From assembly GCF_040938485.1 (NCBI RefSeq), contig NW_027271002.1, positions 310,001-374,000 on the forward strand: a stretch of 64,000 nt of DNA, in the 5' to 3' direction. Position 1 is the stretch's first letter. Each line of letters opens with the position of its first letter. Both the position numbers and the translations under genes were made by a program. The notes below the pieces were generated by a model that saw only the letters and a list, made by a program, of their open reading frames with translations, was not told the origin of the DNA and made no database searches. The DNA is from Diadema antillarum. Taxonomy: Eukaryota. Positions 54,801 to 64,000 of this stretch are shown here, in pieces.

Positions 54801-57800
54801 ATCCTTATTCTTGAAGTAAAAGTTTGTTGAAATATAGGTAGAAAAAGAAAACTAAGATGCAATGCCACAATGCATGCTGGAATTTGATCAGCCGTGCTGT
54901 CACATGTTATTTTGTCTCTGCACAGAAAACAACTCGGTTTAGTTTCATCCACTTCTCACGTTTTATTATCGAGCCTGACAAACAATCTTCATGGCTTCTT
55001 GAAATTCATCTCATATCTTTACTGCCGATAACTGAAGACACTTCACAAAATGGAAGGAATACATTTCAGTGCATGCCATTGATCACATCAAACAACGGAC
55101 TCACAGACATACAAACATACAAACATAGAGCTGATGGAAGAGTGTGTAAACCTGTCTCACACATACCATGACACACTGTTCTGCCATCACTCTCCTGTGA
55201 GTTTCCCACACTGTACAGTGACACTGAAATAGTCACAACAATCTCACTTTACTACCAACTTTTGACTTCATTTTAATAGCACAGAAAGAAATATGTCAGA
55301 GATAGGGTAGACAAGTCAGGCATACATACATTGTACATTGTGTCATACGTGTGCACACGTGTCTGTGTGTATACATGCATCTTTTTTTGCATGAGTGTGT
55401 GTACATTTTTCCTCTGTTAAAGGACAAGTTCACCTTCATAGACATGTGGGTTGAGTGAATTCAGCAATATCAGTAGAACACATCAGTGAGAGTTTGAGCA
55501 AAATCGGACAATCCGTTAAAAAGTTATGAATTTTTGAAGTTTCAGCTCAGTCACGGCTGGATGAAAAGACTCCTATAGCTTGTGATGTCACATGAGTACA
55601 ACGATATAAAGAAAGAATAAAGAAAATCCAACATATTTCCATTTTTCTCGCATAACAAAAGAACACTCGACTTCTCTCTTTCAGAAGGCAGGGGGAATAA
55701 TATTACCCTTAACATACGTCAGTAGCAAGTCGAAGAACTGTGCACTTTATTAAAATAGTAAAGTTTTGTGAAATTCTCTTTTTATTTTCCATATATAGTT
55801 GTACGCATGTGACATCATACACTGTAGTAGTCTTCTCTTCCAGCAGTGACTGCGCAGATACTTAAAATATTCGTAACTTTTGAACGGATTGTCCAATTTT
55901 CCTCAAACTTTCACTGATGTGTTCTACGAATATTGCTGCATTCTCTTAATCTTTATGTATATGAAGGTGGACTTGTCCTTTAATATGTATTTGTGCTAGT
56001 ACAAATGGACATAGGTGTATGTGTATCTAAGTGTGCATTTTACCACATAGTCTTAGTCCCAGACTGTACTTTAAAATCACATGATGCCACAAAAGAAGAC
56101 CCCATGTCACCGCAGCATGAATATAGACTACTGTAAAAGACAATTTAGAGCTATCATGATTATTTTCAAAACACACCATACCTCGTTCTTCTGCAGTACC
56201 AAGTGCCCTGCCAAGTCTCTTTTGCCTGAAAACAAAATGCCAATAAAATCAATCAACTAAACATGTAATGACATCCACTAATTATGAACCAGGTACATGG
56301 TAACATCGGACTGAGTATAATTGTTCCTTTTTGTTAGTGAAGATTTCAGTTGAGAAGGGAGCTTGCTCCAAAGTTTTGAAACACTAGAGAAAGCTGCATC
56401 ACCAGCTAGTTTGTTGTTCTATGGTTGCATGAAAATCACTGACATTAATAGACAAGTGTATCTCGAATGAGAAATGCTGCACAAGACACAAATCATTGTA
56501 GTATAATGCTCTGTAGCTGAGCACTTGAAGACCAGTAGGAGTTTGAATGAGATTCTAACACATGTATTACCATCATCGGCATAATGTAATTTGTCACACA
56601 GCTCTCTAAACTTTCACACAGGATAGGTTTAGCACTTGAGACGATGAATGAAGTAAACTCTGTCATACATAGATTTGAAGTTGTGAGTAGAAGAAAGCTG
56701 GCAAGCTGCCAACAAAACAAGCCATCACATCAGCTGATACACTGTTAAGTCCACCATGATTGCGGCAGTTTGGAACATGTGACAACTTCAATGTACAGTG
56801 CACTCCCGTCATAACGAAATGCTCGGTACCGGCAGTTTTCTTTCGTTATAACGAAATTTCGTTATAACCGAACAAATACAATATATAACGAAAACAAGGA
56901 AGCCACGCATATATGATATTCTGTTTGTTGAATACTCATCATAAAAGCTAAACAAATAGTTATTCAATTTCAGATAATTGTATTACATAGAGAAACGCAA
57001 GTTCCCCTCGGAAACTGTGCATGACACACCAAGCAAACACACAGTTCGCCCGTGCAGAGACGTTATAAATGCTTGTTCCGCTACGTATTTTCATGAAAGA
57101 TCCTGAATTCGTTATAACGGAGCACATTTCTTTTGTTTTTCTTTGTCAGTGGCGCTCGCAAAAGACTTCTTTATAACGAAATTTCGCTATAACTGTGTTC
57201 GTTATAAGCGAATTTTGTACCATAGACTTTAATGGCGATAATTTTGGGACCAGAAGTTTTACTTCGTTATAACGAAATTTCGTTATAACCGTGTTCGTTG
57301 TAACGGGAGTGCACTGTATTCGCTTATATTGAAAGCCTCAACACATTACACTCTTGGGTGAAACATATGATCCTTTCAATTACACAAACTGAAAATAAAA
57401 GTAACGAGTTGAAGTATTTTACACAAAGTCAAATGAATGTGAAATACACATTGTTTGCTTACAGATGTGTCTGAGATGAGTCTTTCTCTGATGTACATTA
57501 AACAGAGCAGAGGAAGGATCTAAAACGGTATAGATCCTGTAAATTCATTTGTAATACTTAAGTGTATATGAAGTAAGCTTTACACCTGTCATCATAGCAA
57601 TCAAAAACACATCCCTAGATGCTTTGGTGTTGGTAATAAACTTGCCTGATATTGTAGCCAGCCAGAATGAATCCAGTCAAAATGTAGATAGCCAGAATGA
57701 CAGCAAACGTCACCACAATGGGTTTCCAGTAGTCACCAACTGAACAGAGACACATAAATAAATTAATACAATCCAAATGTTTGATATCTTGAGTCTAATG

Positions 57801-60800
57801 GTTGACGATATACACAATGCAATCTATTTCTGTCTGACCTAACTCCATGTCATCAAAACTGTATTACTTTGATTCTTTCTTTCCTGCATCCTTGCTTGTC
57901 TGTCGATGGAACTGTCTGCCTATATTCTCGGTTTTTCTTGAGGTTTTATTGAACAAAAGTTCACTCCAAAGAGAAATAGCTTTGCATGAAACAAATTACT
58001 AAATGAAAATGTGACGATGAGCAGACTAACGTCAGATGAACTCTCTACCTAGACCTCTCCCTCCTAACACTCTTCCCCTTTTGACACCTCCCTCACTAAA
58101 CTCCTCCCTCACTAAACTCCTCCCTCTCTAGCATCCTCCTTCCCAAGAATCATCCATTCATCCTTCCCTAAACTTGTCAATCCCAATATTCCCCTCCCTA
58201 AAAACCTCCCTCTCTAAATATCTCCTCCAGAAAATTCCTCCTTTCCTAAACTTCTTGCTCTTGAAACTCCACCCTCCATACATTCCTCTCTCCCTAAACT
58301 CCTCCATCTCTAAATCTCCCTTACTAAACTCTTCTCTTTCAAAATTTCTCCTCCCATAACACCTTGCTCCTGCGACTTCACTCTTCCTGAACTCCATCTC
58401 ATCTAAATTTCCCCTTCCAAAAGTCCCCATCCCAAAACTCCTCCCTCACTAAACTCCTGCCTCCCTAACATACTCCCTCCTTAAATTCCTCCTCTGTACA
58501 CTCCTCCCTCCATAAACTCCTCCCTAAACTCCTCCCTCCCTAAATTCCTCCCTCCCAAAATTCCTCCCTCCCAACCTCATTCCTCCTTAAACTCCTCATT
58601 CCCTAAACTCATTCCCTAAACTCCTCATTCCCTAAACTCCTCCTTCCCTGAACTCCTCCCTCTCTAAACTCCTCCCTCTCTAAATTTTCCCTCCAGAAAA
58701 TTCCTTCTCTCCTAAACTCCTCCCTCCCTATAATCCTCCTTCACAAAACTCCTCCCTCCTTTTAGTCTTCCTTCTCTAAACTCCTCCCAACATATGAAGA
58801 GTTTGTTCGCAGAAACCGATAAGTCCATTTTTGAAGATTTTGAAGTACGGTTTCTGTCATAAAGTACAAAATAATACCTTTCAAATGATATATTGGTCAC
58901 TACATATAAAGGTACATTTTTGAAGTTATGGTCAAAAGAAGCAAGAATTTTCTTATTATTCTCTTTATTTTTCTTGACCTTTAATCGCAAATATCTCCAT
59001 TTGACAATATGGACTTATCGGTTTTTGCAAACAAACTCTTCATATCTTCATATATCCTTAAAAAGTTCCCTTCCCTAAACTCCTCCCTCCCTGCACTCCT
59101 CCCTCTCTAAACTCCTCCTACTTACTCTCCAGAGTCCTCTCCACCCTGATAGTCACTGTCTTGGTCCTAGACGACTCAGTCTGATGGTGATTAGCTTCAA
59201 GAAAACACAAACAAACAAACAAAACAAAGATTATTCTCACATGACAGGGCCTTCAAATCAGCATACCATTTGGATTGTCTATTTGTGTCTCAAAGTCTTT
59301 GTACCCGAGTAATTATCTAATCAGGTTGAATTTCCTAGGAATATCATTTAGTGTTTTATTCTATAATGATGGCAAAAAGAATTGTGAAAAATCGTTATAC
59401 ACTAAAGCTCACTTCCTTGCAAATGTTCTGGTGAGCTGAAATATACCATTCAAAGCCAAAATGTACATTTTGATAAGCCTCACTGTGAAGATGCATAGTG
59501 TGTTGTTACATTCATCTATTTAAAAGCAACTTACAACTGCACCTACTGCATTTGTACATGCTTTTCTACAATGACATTTAAGTGAGTTCAGCAAGAGGTA
59601 TATGAAGAAGAAGGGAAAAGAAGACATTTGAGGGGATTCAGAAAAAGGTAAGGTTTCATACTGACCTTTGAGTGGCTTTACTACAAGGTGAATTGGTATA
59701 ATACTAACCTTTGTGGGCTTAATGCAGGATAAATTGGTTTCGCACTGATTTTGAGTGGGTGCAATGACAGGTAAACTGGTTTCACATTAACTTTTGAGTA
59801 TGTTTAATGCAAGGTGGTTTCATACTGACCTTTGAGTATGTATAATGCAAGGTAAACTGGTTTCATACTAACCATTGAGTATGCTTAATGCAAGGCATGT
59901 AAACTGGTTTCATATTAACTTTTGAGTATGTTTAATCCACGGTAAACTGGTTTCATACTAACTTTTGAGTACAGGGATGTTTAATGCAAGGTAAACTGGT
60001 TTCATACTAACCTTTGAGTATGTTTAATGCAAGGTAAACTGGTTTCATACTAACCTTTGAGTGGGTTCAATGGCTTGTAGTTATTATCACACATCTCATC
60101 GTCAGGGTGAACGACAAGGATCACAACAAACTTGGCTGAGTCATGGAATCTGTCTCTCTATCAGACAAACACACAAGAGAGGAAAAACAGTGAAAAAAAA
60201 TGTTATAAAATTGGTGTCATTATTTGAATCTATGACGAAACCTTGAATACAGTTAGAGATCTGCTCTGAACTAACAATAAATCCACAGTAAGAACATTTA
60301 AAAAAAATCACATGCAGTGAAAGATTGATGTGAAGTGGATTGAAGTTGTTTGTTTTTTATTTTGGTTAAACGTAATCTTAAGAAAGATTATTACACTGTA
60401 TTAATCTAACAAAAATATCAAAGAGGAACTGCTGAACTCTTGTCACAGATATCAACATAGTCTTACTGTAAAAGCTATTATTTTAATAAGGGTTTAATTT
60501 TTTCCAATTTTCAAAGTCACTATTAGTTCACAAATTCAACAACACGCCAAAATATTGCCACATGGTAGGGAATCAGTGCATTTACGAAAGCCTCGGCATC
60601 AAATCACAAAGCAACATTATGCAAAATTTTCTGTGACCTCCTCATTTGCAAAAAATATCTGTATGCAAAAATACGTCAGCTTTTACAGAATTACATCATG
60701 GGATTCAACAATGTACAATACTGAGCAAGAAATATTTATATGAAGAGGTTTTAACAGGTTCCTTTGTTTTTAATCAGGGTTCGAAATTGGCGATGGTCCG

Positions 60801-63800
60801 CTGGCCATTGGCCACCCAAAAATCATGTCGGACTAGCCAAAAATCATAAAATTCTGAAGTTACTAGTCCGTCTGGCTAGCCAAAATATTGCTTCAGTGTC
60901 AAAATTGATTCTAAGTAGTCCGCCTGGCTAGTTCAAAGAAAAGTTAAGTGCGACCCCTGTTAATACATATAAACATAAAGGAGCTTTTGTGTCTGTGTTT
61001 GTTACGTCTCCACCACACACACACACACAAAAAGATTTCATCATAAAAACACACAATATGCGACAGTAATCATGGAATGTTTAAAAAAACAAATTGTGTG
61101 TGTGAATTTACCGTGACAGTGATAGCTGCCTGTGTGTCCATAGTCTGAAAGATTCCCTCGTTGTAGCGGACTGTGGACACTGAGTCATAAACAGGACACT
61201 GGAAGCAAGGAGAAATATACTCTTATCAACAATATTGAATCCCAGACTACAGCCAGTCTTAGCCTGACTGGATATGTCTCACAATACTTGATATACACAT
61301 GAAGCAATTCAAAGCATCTTATATCACTCCTATAACACTTAATTTCTCCTACCCTCCCCCCCCCCCCCCCCCCCCGAAAAAAAAAAAAAAGTTATACTGG
61401 ATAAAAAAAACTGATATAAAAGGCAATCACATACAATTGCAATGAATGTTGAAATACAGAATTTGATTCACAATCATCAAAATGCACAAGATATAGACTG
61501 CTTCTCTTTCCACAAAAGAATTCATGTCTAATAGCAAAAAAAAAAAAAATCAATGAATTCAGTGAGGCAAATGGAGCAAATCTACTGGAGCAAAGTATAA
61601 AAAATAAAGTACAGTAAATGTGTTTAGTGAATTAGAACATATTGAACACTAGACACTGAGATTTCTCATGACATCCGATTAGAATACTAGTTCCATAGTC
61701 AACAAAATTTATCACATAAATCAAATGTACAAACCAAAGAAAACCTTCTGAAAATTGCTGAATGTGGCAAATTTCACATTATATGTTCATGAAACAATCT
61801 GATAAATTACTAACTAGTTGCTGGAGAAAGGGGACAAAAAACACACAGATCTACATTACTGCACCCTGTCATAATCAAACTTCATCTATGATGATATCAT
61901 CTTGTGGGAGTTTGGACAATGAACAAACTCACCTTTGAATGCTGCACAGAGAAGTAGGCACAGATATCATCATCTGATTTAGCTGTCACTAGCACCATGT
62001 CTACTCCCTCTGGGAATTCATACTCATAATACTGATCAATGGAAAGATAAGGACAAACAAAATGTCACTTACGTGTAGTCAGCTCATAAGTCAAATACTG
62101 AAAAAACTTTCCACAAACCAGAAAAGTGATAATTCTTGTCTTGGTAAGATATACACTGTATCAGTCCAGAACATGAAAGCTTCTCTATCGATGTTTAATA
62201 CAACAAAGGTTGTAACTGTTTGTGAGATACTGTACACCTTGTTACATGAGGGTTTGTATCTAATCTTCATAAAATGGGTAAAAAAGTATATAGTATGCAC
62301 CCTTGTATAGAAAGTGACACACATCATTTACTGTCAACCAAAACTGTGTTACCTGAACTGCAGGAATATCTACATGTTGTCAGTTAAGAATGGCATGAGA
62401 ACTACTGTAAAAGTGAATATTTTCACGCAACTAATTATTCACACTCGGCTGGGTAAGATGAGTTTTGTGTGATTTTAATTCCGCAGAATCATGGCATCAA
62501 CTACTGGAACATAAGGCAAGCAAAAATATAAGCGTGCTTTTATTTTCACGCTAGCTTATAGTCACGTGAAATGCGCAAATATTTCAACACCATTGAAAAT
62601 TTCCACTTTTACAGTAGGTCCTACACGATACGTTCATGTAAAATCTCGATCTTACAATACACAGGTCTGTAACAGCAGACTATGCAACATACAACACCAC
62701 TGGTTCCTTCCTAGTTCTCACTAGGAACTCATCAAGAATCCACTTACCGGTATGTTGTTGTATTTCATTGGAAGGAAGAAATAAAAATATGTTATTCTAA
62801 AGTTTCCTTTTTTTCTATCTGAAGTTATATGACACAAACCTGAGGAGTGGCTGGGTCACTGTGAAATGTCACACTCTGGTTTAATCTGGAAGATAGGGAT
62901 ACATGATGAAAAAATGGCATGATTTGATTAATATATCATCATCCCTCATACCAAAGGAGAGATTGAAAGAAAATGTGGACAATTATTGATGCTCATCACA
63001 TCAACAATTGGTATGAAAGCCTTATGTAATGTGTGTGTGTGTATGCATTAAAAACACTGATAAAGGATACATCACAGAATATATTGATTATCACAATTTG
63101 TATAACACATTATCACCAAACTTAAATCTAAGTCTGGCATTGGATCCACATAATACTAAATCCACTTGTGAGAAACATTTGGGAAAACTATTTATTGTGA
63201 CATGATTCAACAAAGTACAGTTTAAGTCATCTCACTCACAAATTTGCAGGATTTTTAGAGTGTACCTTCACAGATTTTGACACTTACAGGCAACATTTGT
63301 TTTCACTCTGTTGCAAAAATATAGACCCCGTACATGTACAGATACACAATATACACAAAGTTACTGCTGTGATATTTTGAATAGTGTTTATCTAGCAGAA
63401 TATTTGAGATTGATAATTGAGTATATGAATATAAGAACGACCCAAGTCCAATTTTTGGCCAAATTCAGTTTTTCATGGGAAATTGTAGCTTATGCATGGA
63501 CTCATCTTGTGTGTAAATGATAAATCCTAATTACCCCCGGAAGTGCCTGAAATGAATGAGTTAAATCTTATATTAATGTAAGAATGAAGGACTTGGGTCA
63601 TTCTTATATTCATATAATAGCGCCCTCTCTCATCCTTCTCCCATCTCTATAGCAGAATATCATGTATATGAATCAAAGAACGACCCAAGTCCATATGAAT
63701 CAAAGAACGACCCAAGTCCATATGAATCAAAGAACGACCCAAGTCCACCACACAAAATGGCCTCTCCACAATTAATGTAAATGTTAATTGTCATAATAAC

Positions 63801-64000
63801 ATATGTTCTAATTTGTTTATACAATGTTGCCTTCCCATAACATTTAAATAGAATATTATTGGACAAATAGAAAAGATATGAAGTTTTTTTTTAGTTTACT
63901 CGAAATGATCCTCCATGGACTTGGGTCGTTCTTATATTCATATACTCAATTGTATCAGCTTACTTGAGGTCGTATCCACTGACGAAGCTGGCGTTGAGGC
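39680..64000 (-). CDS. SIDT1: SID-1 transmembrane family (SIDT1/SIDT2-like) gene, partial; 15 exons reconstructed, 456 codons
   Basis: Family motifs: [116 protein letters not shown]. All 14 junctions keep frame. The symbol denotes the family; SIDT1 versus SIDT2 orthology cannot be resolved here. Confidence 0.95.
40098..40196. repeat. 21-bp tandem repeat, about 4.6 units
   Basis: gagtgatcatgtgataaaact. Confidence 0.95.
40695..40812 (-). CDS. SIDT1: SIDT exon ([39 protein letters not shown])
   Basis: ctgcag| ... G|gtgagt; 118 nt. Carries the E-x3-S-x3-H (CREST superfamily SxxxH) motif. Confidence 0.96.
41343..41466 (-). CDS. SIDT1: SIDT exon ([41 protein letters not shown])
   Basis: gacag| ... 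ACG|gtcagt; 124 nt. Confidence 0.95.
41938..42011 (-). CDS. SIDT1: SIDT exon ([25 protein letters not shown])
   Basis: catctccag| ... AG|gtaatg; 74 nt. Confidence 0.95.
42977..43117 (-). CDS. SIDT1: SIDT exon ([47 protein letters not shown])
   Basis: ctctttgtcag| ... |gtagga; 141 nt. Confidence 0.95.
43875..44147. other. Assembly gap (273 N) inside a SIDT intron
   Basis: Run of n. The flanking exons join in phase, so no coding exon is obviously lost. Confidence 0.98.
44463..44581 (-). CDS. SIDT1: SIDT exon ([40 protein letters not shown])
   Basis: tag| ... AAG|gtctga; 119 nt, phase 1 to 0. D-I-E-S-x-K-x-x-x-R-T-K family motif. Confidence 0.9.
45586..45730. repeat. 17-bp tandem repeat, about 8 units
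   Basis: gtcacatgacagtgata and variants. Confidence 0.9.
48000..48720 (-). mobile_element. Decayed LINE reverse transcriptase C-terminal fragment
   Basis: [12 protein letters not shown] resembles the K-F-L-G-V-x-I-D-x-x-L-S-F/W motif; heavily interrupted. Confidence 0.45.
48773..48985. repeat. ~82-bp tandem repeat, about 2.5 units
   Basis: ggt(g)aatggttagc...gaaagattgatgtgcacagc...attcat. Confidence 0.8.
49027..49104 (-). CDS. SIDT1: SIDT exon, cytosolic loop ([26 protein letters not shown])
   Basis: cctttgtag| ... G|gttaga; 78 nt. SSYG matches the family loop. Confidence 0.8.
49952..50341. mobile_element. Kolobok-like MITE K2
   Basis: ttaaagggatagtacag ... ctgtacaatccctttaa. Confidence 0.7.
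50401..50703. mobile_element. MITE with CAGAG...CTCTG ends
   Basis: cagagactccaac / gttggagtctctg, flanked by a tgtatg direct repeat; internal tctcccg repeats. Confidence 0.65.
52275..52367. mobile_element. ~90-bp piggyBac-like mini-MITE, representative of about 10 copies
   Basis: ttaa-ccc(g/a)ttga... tcaatggg-ttaa. Related copies near 7117-7668 (split), 9528-9604, 20187-20264, 21167-21240, 30590-30660, 37276-37367, 46449-46540, 47179-47268, 49424-49504. Confidence 0.75.
52613..52795. repeat. Imperfect palindrome, probable MITE
   Basis: gggaacataccaaatgttccacctgaagggtttgaaatgct / agcatttaaaaaccctgagggtggaacgtttggtacatgttccc. Confidence 0.6.
53130..53600. mobile_element. Long-arm palindromic (foldback) element
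   Basis: Arms of about 140 bp (53130-53270 versus 53455-53600); the centre holds a C-run followed by a G-run. Confidence 0.75.
55417..55983. mobile_element. Kolobok-like MITE K3
   Basis: ttaaaggacaagttcaccttcata ... tatgaaggtggacttgtcctttaa. Confidence 0.75.
56182..56225 (-). CDS. SIDT1: SIDT exon, cytosolic loop ([14 protein letters not shown])
   Basis: ttttgttttcag| ... G|gtatgg; 44 nt, phase 2 to 1. Confidence 0.78.
56796..57316. mobile_element. pogo/Tigger-like MITE
   Basis: TA-cagtgcactcccgt(c/t)ataacga ... tcgttgtaacgggagtgcactg-TA; internal ttcgttataac repeats. Confidence 0.8.
57646..57739 (-). CDS. SIDT1: SIDT exon, TM1 ([32 protein letters not shown])
   Basis: ctctgttcag| ... CAG|gcaagt (GC donor); 94 nt, phase 1 to 2. 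Confidence 0.85.
58060..59120. repeat. Polypyrimidine (ctaaactcctccctc-type) minisatellite, interrupted by a MITE
   Basis: Dozens of degenerate ~15-17-bp units; strongly C/T on the plus strand. Confidence 0.9.
58792..59045. mobile_element. MITE inserted in the CT-rich minisatellite
   Basis: atatgaagagtttgttcgcagaaaccgataagtccat / atggacttatcggtttttgcaaacaaactcttcatat. Confidence 0.8.
59126..59194 (-). CDS. SIDT1: SIDT exon ([23 protein letters not shown])
   Basis: gttttcttgaag| ... A|gtaagt; 69 nt, phase 1 to 1. The nearer cag acceptor would be out of phase. Confidence 0.8.
59646..60065. repeat. 43-bp minisatellite, about 10 units, containing a SIDT exon/donor junction
   Basis: ggtaaactggtttcatactaacctttgagtatgtttaatgcaa; the last unit overlaps the exon end at 60055. 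Confidence 0.9.
60055..60157 (-). CDS. SIDT1: SIDT exon ([34 protein letters not shown])
   Basis: tag| ... G|gttagt; 103 nt, phase 0 to 1. Confidence 0.88.
60775..60959. mobile_element. Possible hAT-like MITE (CAGGG...CCCTG)
   Basis: Short terminal inverted motif and internal ctagcc/ctagtc repeats; no clear 8-bp TSD. Confidence 0.4.
61112..61198 (-). CDS. SIDT1: SIDT exon ([29 protein letters not shown])
   Basis: cttgcttccag| ... |gtaaat; 87 nt. Confidence 0.93.
61933..62031 (-). CDS. SIDT1: SIDT exon ([33 protein letters not shown])
   Basis: cag| ... |gtgagt; 99 nt. Confidence 0.93.
62840..62885 (-). CDS. SIDT1: SIDT exon ([15 protein letters not shown])
   Basis: tcttccag| ... |gtttgt; 46 nt, phase 2 to 0; ends in the conserved PQ. 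Confidence 0.85.
63415..63951. mobile_element. MITE with 36-bp perfect TIRs and internal TIR-derived repeats
   Basis: aattgagtatatgaatataagaacgacccaagtcca / tggacttgggtcgttcttatattcatatactcaatt. Confidence 0.8.
63661..63748. repeat. 27-bp tandem repeat x3
   Basis: atatgaatcaaagaacgacccaagtcc. Confidence 0.9.
63964..64000 (-). CDS. SIDT1: SIDT exon, cut by the window end (..[12 protein letters not shown])
   Basis: Open frame with donor AA|gtaagc; phase 2 matches the next exon. Confidence 0.75.

Overview
Eukaryotic (metazoan) genomic DNA: AT-rich, intron-rich and dense in MITEs. The repeat types and a Gly/Pro repeat motif suggest an invertebrate deuterostome such as an echinoderm, but that is inference. 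Two genes are supported. (1) Plus strand: a two-coding-exon gene (5811-6890 joined to 18081-19013, 670 aa) for a type I membrane protein with signal peptide, long Pro/Gly/Asn-rich region containing (PSNPGGRQ)n, one EGF-like domain, one FN3 domain split by an 11.2-kb intron, a TM helix and a Pro/Ser/Tyr-rich tail. (2) Minus strand: a SID-1/SIDT-family gene, for which I reconstructed 15 phase-consistent exons (456 codons) from 64000 down to 39680, including one GC-AG intron. Its 5' end lies beyond the window. I could not find its conserved C-terminal exons (YYMG, HDxWH, LDDD motifs) anywhere in 1-39679, so either the plus-strand gene is nested in a very large SIDT intron or this SIDT copy is 3'-truncated. 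The rest is non-autonomous DNA transposons (Harbinger-, Kolobok-, piggyBac-, Tc1/mariner- and pogo-like, assigned from termini and TSDs only), decayed LINE fragments, tRNA-derived SINE-like heads, minisatellites and a 273-N gap. All calls were made by eye; no database searches were run.
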